Source: an uncultured Alphaproteobacteria bacterium
Lineage (GTDB): Bacteria > Pseudomonadota > Alphaproteobacteria > HIMB59 > GCA-002718135
NCBI GenBank assembly: GCA_902567855.1
Contig: CACFOQ010000002.1
Span: 15,163-79,162, forward strand
Direction of reading: 5' to 3'
Length of the DNA stretch: 64,000 nt
Shown: positions 27,618-34,177 of the stretch, in pieces
Layout of the letters: each line of letters begins with the position of its first letter
Numbering within the stretch: the stretch's first letter is position 1
Translations under genes and position numbers: made by a program
The notes under the pieces: generated by a model
The model's database searches: none
Seen by the model: the letters and a program-made list of their open reading frames with translations, nothing else
Told to the model about the DNA's origin: nothing

Positions 27618-28061
27618 TTGATGCAAAAGTTTATCAATATAGCCATTTTATTAATGTTGTTTTTTTTTGCAAATAATGTTTTAGGAAAGACTTTAGTGGC
27701 TAAATATTATTGTATAGCAAATGATTTAGTTGGAGTTGAATACTATCCGAATAAAAAATCTTCAGTATTTAATTTAAACAATGAAAATAATCATTTTAAA
27801 CTTAAAATATTTAAAAAAGAAAATGAATATTTTTTTGAGACCGGACTAGCAACCGATTTATGGTTATGGGATTCTATGAAAGGATCATCTGATCCTTATG
27901 GTCCATGGACTACTCTGAATGGATATTTAAAACTTTTTAAAGCAAGTGATAAATTAAGATTTGTTTTATTGCAAGAAACAATAGGAAAAGGTAATAATGA
28001 AGTAGATCGTTTGGCTCATTCGAATGTATATTTGTATGACGGAACATGTCATAGAAATTAA
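27618..28061 (+). CDS. Secreted hypothetical protein (147 aa)
   Basis: Signal peptide (..FFFANNVLGK). Cys near each end. ATG at 27621. Its stop abuts the next start. Confidence 0.55.
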   Translation: MMQKFINIAILLMLFFFANNVLGKTLVAKYYCIANDLVGVEYYPNKKSSVFNLNNENNHFKLKIFKKENEYFFETGLATDLWLWDSMKGSSDPYGPWTTLNGYLKLFKASDKLRFVLLQETIGKGNNEVDRLAHSNVYLYDGTCHRN

Positions 28062-29288
28062 ATGACCAATATAGTTAAATTAAAATACGATTATTTAATG
28101 CATTTAGAATATGTTGGTGAAGTTAAGGATGGCTTGCCCCATGGACAAGGTACATTCAATATATATGGAGAAATATTATTTAAAGAATTAATTAAAAAAC
28201 TAAGAAACAAGGAATCAAAGGAAGGTGAGTACAAACATTTATCTAGCCACACACTTACCTCCGAATATCTTCAGCCACTTATAGAATTTTCTTTAAAAGA
28301 AAGTGAGCCAAAAGATTTTGACCAAGATGTTTTGGAAATGTCTATTAGGGGTAACTTTAAAGAAGGTCTTTGGGACGGACGCTTTTTCAGGATTCATTAT
28401 GATGTTATAAATGGAACAGAAAGTGAAGAAGGTGAAGAAGAAGAAGATTTTGAGATACATGCTGAAGGAATGATTTTTGAAAATAATATTATGGTTGAAG
28501 GAAGATTAGATTATGATGAAGGACATTATTTTGGTGAAGTTTTATATAATGAATTGTTTAGTCACGCTTTTAGAAAACAAATTAAAAATTCTATAGAAGG
28601 CAAAAAAATAGATTCTAAAAAACTCCCTGGAACTCTTTATTATCCTCATAATGAAGGATCATATCATTATCATGATCCGAATAACGAAAAATGGATTAGG
28701 GGCACTTGGGTAAAAGGCGAATTAACTAAAATTGACTACATACATGAATGCAAAGTTTTTCCAAACAATGATATTTATGAAGGAGGTACCAAAATAGATA
28801 ATATCAAAATATCTAAAGATTGGAGAATCAAGATAGATAGTTCTGGGATACCCGATGGTTATGGACAGATGGTTTCGGGAAGAAAGCACGATCAAGATGA
28901 TGATGGTTCTCAAATATATTATGGAATGTGGAAAGATGGCATAATGCATGGAAAAGGAACACTGATTGAAAAGGGAGAGTATACAAATATTGGTGATTTA
29001 CGAAACTACGATACACATCCTTTTGAAGCAAAAAAATATGTTGGCGAGATGAAAAATGGAAAAGCTAACGGTGAGGGAGTGCTGAGTTATATTAGAATAA
29101 AGAAAGACGTGATACCAAAAACTTTTTGGCAAAGTATCAATGACCAAGATTTTCCCCCGGAAGAAACTAAATTTTATGAGGGATCTTTCAAAGATAATTT
29201 ATTTCATGGACAAGGAACAATTTTTTATCATGATGGAACATCAAAGAAAGGTGAGTGGGTTAACGGAAAATTTAAAGAAAATAATTAA
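28062..29288 (+). CDS. MORN-repeat protein (408 aa)
   Basis: Repeated Y.G....G..HG.G motifs (YVGEVKDGLPHGQGTF, YYGMWKDGIMHGKGTL, YVGEMKNGKANGEGVL, YEGSFKDNLFHGQGTI). No signal peptide. Confidence 0.75.
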   Translation: MTNIVKLKYDYLMHLEYVGEVKDGLPHGQGTFNIYGEILFKELIKKLRNKESKEGEYKHLSSHTLTSEYLQPLIEFSLKESEPKDFDQDVLEMSIRGNFKEGLWDGRFFRIHYDVINGTESEEGEEEEDFEIHAEGMIFENNIMVEGRLDYDEGHYFGEVLYNELFSHAFRKQIKNSIEGKKIDSKKLPGTLYYPHNEGSYHYHDPNNEKWIRGTWVKGELTKIDYIHECKVFPNNDIYEGGTKIDNIKISKDWRIKIDSSGIPDGYGQMVSGRKHDQDDDGSQIYYGMWKDGIMHGKGTLIEKGEYTNIGDLRNYDTHPFEAKKYVGEMKNGKANGEGVLSYIRIKKDVIPKTFWQSINDQDFPPEETKFYEGSFKDNLFHGQGTIFYHDGTSKKGEWVNGKFKENN

Positions 29289-29295
29289 AATTTCT

Positions 29296-29316
29296 CGGCG
29301 CACATACGCCCTACTT
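29296..29316 (+). repeat. Barcode 4R: cggcgcacat-a-cgccctactt
   Basis: 85 nt before the fragment 5 core. The second unit is decayed. Starts 8 nt after the MORN gene stop. Confidence 0.8.
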
Positions 29317-29385
29317 ACACACCCGATATTTAAATTTTAACGTTTAATTTTTCCTAGAAACCCTACACTTTGTTTTTAATCAGCA

Positions 29386-29446
29386 CGCTTGGAAAGCGTG
29401 TGTAGTAGCAATACTACCGAGGGTTCGAATCCCTCTCTCTCCGCCA
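29386..29446 (+). repeat. tRNA-Ser 3' fragment 5 (61 nt; allele B)
   Basis: Identical to fragment 3. Preceded by ..tttaatcagca. Confidence 0.95.
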
Positions 29447-29492
29447 TAAATTTACAACTATAAAATACAAAATTAGGTTTTAATAGAGTTTT

Positions 29493-29513
29493 TGGCACAC
29501 ATATGGCACACTT
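29493..29513 (+). repeat. Barcode 5L: tggcacacat-a-tggcacactt
   Basis: CACAT begins 52 nt after the fragment 5 CCA, even though the intervening sequence is unrelated to the other left arms. Confidence 0.85.
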
Positions 29514-29571
29514 GCTAAAAAATAAATTATTATAGTTTTTTTATGGACTGTTTATTAGCTTATATTTTTAT

Positions 29572-30768
29572 ATGAATAAAATTATCTTATTTTTAATTTT
29601 GATAATTCCTTGTATTTCAAATGCTCAAATGAATATTTATGAAAATAATGCAAACTATATTATTTCAGGAGTTTTAGATTATTCTTATTGCACCGATACT
29701 ACTAGTTTTGATGAAGATAAAAGAAAAGATTATGAGTTATATGAAATATTTAACGCAAACTTTAAACAAATAAATCAAAATTATTTTTTAAAAGATAATC
29801 AAGTAACAAATGAAAATGTACTTAAAAAAATTGATGAAATTATAAGTTTAAAAAATAATAATTTGTTTATTTTTTATTTTGCGGGCCACGGTGTTTTAAA
29901 AGATGGAGAGCCTGGAATGTTAATGAGTGATTGCTCTGTAATTAAAAAATCAGAACTTAAAAATATTTTAAAGAAAAAAAACAATAAACAAAAAATTATA
30001 TTATTAGGAGATTTTTGTTATTCAGGACTATTAGCAGAAATTGCTAGAGAACTAAATTCAGAAGGATTAGATATTAACGCAATAACTAGCGCTAGTTCAA
30101 ACGTCTCAACTGGTTCATGGAGTTATACGCAAGCTTTAATCGACTCTTTTTCAGGAAGGCAAATTGTTGATAAAAACAATGATGGTCTAATAACTTTTTT
30201 TGATATGATTAATGAAGTTGAAGAAGTAATGTTAAATAGAGAAAGACAAAAATCTGACTACTTTATAACTGCAGATTTAAAGAATGTAATAATTTCTAAA
30301 TCAAAAATAAAAGATAAATCTAATATAAATTATGGTTCATGGTATTGTTCTAATGAAGGTATAACTAGAGTTATAGATATAAAGAATTCTATCTATGAAG
30401 TAGAATATTATAACTACAATAAATATGAATATAAAAAATTAAGTGAAAAAGATTTATATTCAATCCACGAAACAGATTTTGAAAAAGGCGATTTAATATC
30501 GGTTGTCTGGGAAAATGATAATTATGAAGCAAAAATAAAAAAGATCGATAGAATTTTTTATAAAATCTCTTATGTAGGTTGGGGTGATGAGTGGGATGAG
30601 TGGATTACAAAAAATAGAATCACTGGAAATGAAAAAGTAGAAATCAAATCTGATAACGTTTGGTATCCTGGAGAAATCATTCAATATAAGAATAATAAAT
30701 ATTTTATTAGATATAAAGATTATGATTTTTGTTTTGATGAATGGGTTGATAATTCTAGAATAAGATAA
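29572..30768 (+). CDS. Secreted caspase-like (peptidase C14-type His/Cys dyad) protein with two C-terminal Tudor/Agenet-like domains
   Basis: Signal peptide. FYFAGHG (His) and LLGDFCYSG (Cys) about 46 aa apart. C-terminal repeats GDLISVVWENDNYEAKIKKI..YKISYVGWGDEWDEWI and VEIKSDNVWYPGEIIQYKNNKYFIRYKDYDFCFDEWV. Confidence 0.65.
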   Translation: MNKIILFLILIIPCISNAQMNIYENNANYIISGVLDYSYCTDTTSFDEDKRKDYELYEIFNANFKQINQNYFLKDNQVTNENVLKKIDEIISLKNNNLFIFYFAGHGVLKDGEPGMLMSDCSVIKKSELKNILKKKNNKQKIILLGDFCYSGLLAEIARELNSEGLDINAITSASSNVSTGSWSYTQALIDSFSGRQIVDKNNDGLITFFDMINEVEEVMLNRERQKSDYFITADLKNVIISKSKIKDKSNINYGSWYCSNEGITRVIDIKNSIYEVEYYNYNKYEYKKLSEKDLYSIHETDFEKGDLISVVWENDNYEAKIKKIDRIFYKISYVGWGDEWDEWITKNRITGNEKVEIKSDNVWYPGEIIQYKNNKYFIRYKDYDFCFDEWVDNSRIR

Positions 30769-30774
30769 TTTTCT

Positions 30775-30795
30775 TGGCACACATATGGCACACTA
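30775..30795 (+). repeat. Barcode 5R: tggcacacat-a-tggcacacta
   Basis: 84 nt before the fragment 6 core. Starts 7 nt after the stop codon. Confidence 0.85.
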
Positions 30796-30863
30796 TCCAG
30801 ATCAATAATTAATATTTTATTCTAAATAACCTTTGTAATCCCTTAACTCTCTAAAAATCAGCA

Positions 30864-30924
30864 CGCTTGGAAAGCGTGTAAAGTAGCAATACTTTCGAGG
30901 GTTCGAATCCCTCTCTCTCCGCCA
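30864..30924 (+). repeat. tRNA-Ser 3' fragment 6, terminal (61 nt; allele C taaagta-gcaa-tacttt)
   Basis: Unique allele, again with compensatory pairs. No conserved box or barcode follows it. Candidate displaced original 3' half. Confidence 0.95.
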
Positions 30925-30998
30925 AATATTGATATATTTTTGATTAAATTGATATTATCATTAAATTAATTCAATAAAAAAATATAAAGGAGTTAAAA

Positions 30999-31292
30999 AT
31001 GATTTACGTAATTGCTAAGTTGCCATGTCATGAAGAAGGGGCATCAAAACTTGCTGATTGGGCAAAAGGTAACGATGGATTTTCAGTAACAAGATCTCAT
31101 AAGGGTTTTAAGCATATCGAACTTTTGGTTGGTGAAAATAATAAAACATGTTGGTTGTATGAACAATGGGAGACAAAAGAGGATCATCAAGCATATTTAG
31201 GCTTTAGAATTGATAATGGTTTTGAAGATTTTATGAAAGAAATATTGGAAGATGAATTTTCACTTTCTTATCTTACGAATGCAGGTGCATGA
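30999..31292 (+). CDS. ABM-domain (antibiotic-biosynthesis-monooxygenase-like) small protein
   Basis: 97 aa with ferredoxin-like pattern ..WLYEQWETKEDHQAYL... Strong aaggag RBS. Confidence 0.5.
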   Translation: MIYVIAKLPCHEEGASKLADWAKGNDGFSVTRSHKGFKHIELLVGENNKTCWLYEQWETKEDHQAYLGFRIDNGFEDFMKEILEDEFSLSYLTNAGA

Positions 31293-31388
31293 TAAGTAAA
31301 GAAAGATCTAAGTTTTCAGTAGAAATAGAATTATAACATCAAATTTATGATGATCAACAATCTAATTTTTTGGCGATGAAATAATACG

Positions 31389-32180
31389 ATGTATGATTTA
31401 GATTTGTCTTATAAGAAATATCAGAAGGATGGTTTTGTATATCCAATACCAGTTATTGATTTGAAAAATGCAACGCAATGCAGAATAAAATTAGAAGACG
31501 TAGAAAAAAAAATTGGAACATTGCATTATAAATCAAAAGTTCATACAATTCTTACTTGGGTATATGAGCTAGCTATTGATAATAATATTTTAGATCTCGT
31601 TGAAAAAATTCTTGGTCCCAATATACTTCTTCATAATTCAACTTTTATTATTAAAGAAGCTAAAACCCCTTCGCATGTAAGTTGGCACCAAGATTTGACG
31701 TACTGGGGATTTAGTCATGATGATCAAGTATCTGTTTGGTTGGCTCTTTCACCAGCTAATGAATTAAGTGGAGCGATGCAAATGATCCCAGAAAGTCATA
31801 CATCTGGAATGATTGCACATATCACAACAAAAGATAAAAATAATGTTCTCTTACAAGGACAAAAAGTAGAAAGAGTAAATGAAAAGAATGCTATTCATTG
31901 CCCTCTTTTACCAGGAGAGGCTTCATTTCATCATGGATGGACGCTTCACAGATCCAAACCAAATAGAAGTGCTGATCGTCGCATTGGTCTAAATTTTCAA
32001 TATTTAGCAACTCACGTTAAACAAACAAAACATAATAATGATAGTGCAGTATGTGTCCGTGGTTTTGACCAGTATAATAATTTTAAAATAGATCAACTTC
32101 CTAAACAAGATCTAGATCCAGTTGCTTTAAAAAAATTTATTATTTTAGATAAGCTATATAAAGGTACAGCAGGGAGCTAA
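31389..32180 (+). CDS. Phytanoyl-CoA dioxygenase (PhyH)-family Fe(II)/2OG oxygenase
   Basis: WHQD (HxD) and distal HHGW..H motifs. 263 aa. Confidence 0.7.
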   Translation: MYDLDLSYKKYQKDGFVYPIPVIDLKNATQCRIKLEDVEKKIGTLHYKSKVHTILTWVYELAIDNNILDLVEKILGPNILLHNSTFIIKEAKTPSHVSWHQDLTYWGFSHDDQVSVWLALSPANELSGAMQMIPESHTSGMIAHITTKDKNNVLLQGQKVERVNEKNAIHCPLLPGEASFHHGWTLHRSKPNRSADRRIGLNFQYLATHVKQTKHNNDSAVCVRGFDQYNNFKIDQLPKQDLDPVALKKFIILDKLYKGTAGS

Positions 32181-32208
32181 ATATTTATTTCTCCAAATGA
32201 TTTTATAA

Positions 32209-32391
32209 ATGAATAAAAAGGATAATGATATACTGGATAAATTTTTTAATTTTTTAAAACAGGAAGTTTCTACTCCAATCAAAAAAGATTTTACATGGTT
32301 AGGTAAGATAATAAACGAAGATCTAGAAAAACTAACAAAAGAAAAAAAACAATCAAAAAAAAAGAAAAAAAATCAAACAAATAACTTTTAG
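32209..32391 (+). CDS. Small Lys-rich protein (60 aa); paralog of 13964..14122
   Basis: PIKKDFTWLGKIINEDLEKLTKEKKQSKKKKK. Conservation at the aa level with the cassette-2 copy. Confidence 0.55.
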   Translation: MNKKDNDILDKFFNFLKQEVSTPIKKDFTWLGKIINEDLEKLTKEKKQSKKKKKNQTNNF

Positions 32392-32426
32392 TCAGAGTTA
32401 TTATAAATTAGGATATTTAAATTATT

Positions 32427-32804
32427 ATGAAATCTATAAATGTTGTGGCAGCAATTATTAAAAAAGATAATCAATATTTAATTGTTCAAAGAAATAAAAA
32501 TAAACACTTGGGATTAAAATATGAGTTCCCTGGTGGAAAAGTTGAAGAAAATGAAAGTTTTGAAAGTGCTTTAAAAAGAGAAATTCAAGAAGAATTGAAT
32601 ATAGAAATAAATATTTACAAAAAAATTGCAGAAGAAACATATAAAGATGAAAAAATAGATATTATTTTACATTATTATTTATGTTCACAAAAAAATGGTA
32701 CTATTAAACTTAGTGAGCATGAAAATTTAGCCTGGGTTAAAAAAAAAGATTTTGAAAAATATGATTTTGCTGAGGGTGATGGCAATATACTTTCATCATT
32801 ATGA
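32427..32804 (+). CDS. mutT: NUDIX hydrolase (MutT-like)
   Basis: Nudix box GGKVEENESFESALKREIQEELNI. 125 aa. Confidence 0.8.
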   Translation: MKSINVVAAIIKKDNQYLIVQRNKNKHLGLKYEFPGGKVEENESFESALKREIQEELNIEINIYKKIAEETYKDEKIDIILHYYLCSQKNGTIKLSEHENLAWVKKKDFEKYDFAEGDGNILSSL

Positions 32805-33376
32805 TAAAGAAATTTTTGTTTTTTAGGTTGTATTTTTTTATAATAATTCTATTTAGTTATTCATTTGCTATGGCTTATGAGGAATCTTCTTTTAAAATAG
32901 TTCATCAAACTGATAAATATGAAATTCGTCACTACCAAGATAGATTAGCTGTTCAATCAACCTATACTAATCAAAATAGTAGTTTTCGAAATCTTTTTAA
33001 TTATATTTCAGGAGCAAACAAAGATTCACAAAAAATAAAAATGACTACACCTGTTACACAATATGATAACAATTCAGAATTAGTAATGCAGTTCTATCTT
33101 CCTTCTAAATATACTTTAAAAACAGCACCTATTCCTAGCGATCCTAGAGTTAAGCTTATAAATATAGAAGAAGGATATTATGCTGTGATTAGATATTCTG
33201 GCAATGCAAGAGATAAAAATTTTGATAAACATGCTCAAATTCTAAGAACATCTCTTATTGAAGATAAAGTACAAATTTTAAGTCCATCTATAAAGGCAAT
33301 ATACAATGGACCTTTTACCCTACCAATAATGCGCCGCAATGAAGCTATGTTTAAAGTAGAATGGAAAAAATTGTAA
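32801..33376 (+). CDS. SOUL heme-binding-family protein (secreted)
   Basis: Signal or anchor segment. YE...Y.....YEIR.Y start typical of SOUL/HBP. 191 aa. Confidence 0.55.
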   Translation: MIKKFLFFRLYFFIIILFSYSFAMAYEESSFKIVHQTDKYEIRHYQDRLAVQSTYTNQNSSFRNLFNYISGANKDSQKIKMTTPVTQYDNNSELVMQFYLPSKYTLKTAPIPSDPRVKLINIEEGYYAVIRYSGNARDKNFDKHAQILRTSLIEDKVQILSPSIKAIYNGPFTLPIMRRNEAMFKVEWKKL

Positions 33377-33397
33377 ATATATTAATAATTAAATAAA

Positions 33398-34147
33398 GTG
33401 AACAAAATCGATTTAAAATCATTAGCTAAGAGACAGTGGCAAGATTATCAGCAAAATAATCCAGGCACTTTTTTTTCAATAGAAAAAAATACACTTAGTT
33501 TAGATGAAGCATATGAAGTCCAAAAAGAATGTACAAAAATTAGATGTGCTTCAGGTGATGAAGCAATAGGATATAAAGTTGGCTGTACAGGCTCTAAAAT
33601 TATTGAACAATTTGGAATAGCTGGACCTATATATGGTCGACTATTTAAAAATGAAATTTATGTTTCTGGCATTAAACTAAAAAAAAATAATTTTAAAAAT
33701 TTAGCTGTAGAGGCTGAGATGGCAGTTGAGATTGGAGAAGATTTAAAAATAAAAAAAGCATTTCCAGTTATTGAACTTCATAATTTTATTTTTAGATCTA
33801 AAAGAAAAACACTTATAGAATTAATTGTTAATAATGCCTTTAATGCTGGCTTAGTTTTATCTGATAAAAAGATAGCAAAGCCAATTAATCAATGGGATAG
33901 TGCGAAGCACCTTATATTAAAAGTAAATGGCAAAATCGTTGAATTTGGTAATCCTTGGGCCATGAGAGGTGGTGCAATTGAATCAGTTAAGTGGCTTCAG
34001 GAGAACTTAAATTTACATGGTTTATCCATAAAACAAAATAATATCATTTTAACAGGAACTTCACTTTCATTATATCATGTAAATGTTGGTGATTTTATAT
34101 CTGTTTTCATAGATAAAGATGAATTAGTAAATTGCAAAATTGAATAA
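33398..34147 (+). CDS. 2-keto-4-pentenoate hydratase / FAH-fold hydratase-decarboxylase family protein
   Basis: L..AY.VQ ... GYKVG.TG pattern. 249 aa. GTG start. Confidence 0.6.
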   Translation: MNKIDLKSLAKRQWQDYQQNNPGTFFSIEKNTLSLDEAYEVQKECTKIRCASGDEAIGYKVGCTGSKIIEQFGIAGPIYGRLFKNEIYVSGIKLKKNNFKNLAVEAEMAVEIGEDLKIKKAFPVIELHNFIFRSKRKTLIELIVNNAFNAGLVLSDKKIAKPINQWDSAKHLILKVNGKIVEFGNPWAMRGGAIESVKWLQENLNLHGLSIKQNNIILTGTSLSLYHVNVGDFISVFIDKDELVNCKIE

Positions 34148-34177
34148 TGTTTTTTTTTATAATAAGAGTTATTATTT

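Larger units (their letters stand above)
27503..29385 (+). mobile_element. Cassette 4 (1.88 kb, barcode cggcgcac family): secreted protein plus MORN-repeat protein
   Basis: Bounded by fragments 4 and 5. Barcodes at 27548 and 29296. Both arms are homologous to those of cassette 2. Confidence 0.65.
29447..30863 (+). mobile_element. Cassette 5 (1.42 kb, barcode tggcacac): secreted caspase-like protease gene
   Basis: Bounded by fragments 5 and 6. Matching barcodes at 29493 and 30775. Confidence 0.65.

Noticed and set aside
12310-30863. Prophage or integrative conjugative element
   Set aside because: I recognise no capsid, terminase, tail, relaxase, T4SS, primase or integrase motifs in any frame. 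The units are too small, and they are individually bounded.
12249-30924. Repeated 61-nt units read as a CRISPR array
   Set aside because: The repeats are the 3' part of a tRNA. Spacing is wildly irregular (0.44 to 13.2 kb). The intervals are full of genes, and no cas genes are present.
12220-30924. Fragment ladder as an assembly artefact or simple tandem duplication
   Set aside because: The inter-fragment contents are unrelated to each other. The fragments occur as three alleles with compensatory changes, and each junction has its own barcode. Collapsed or duplicated assembly would give identical units.
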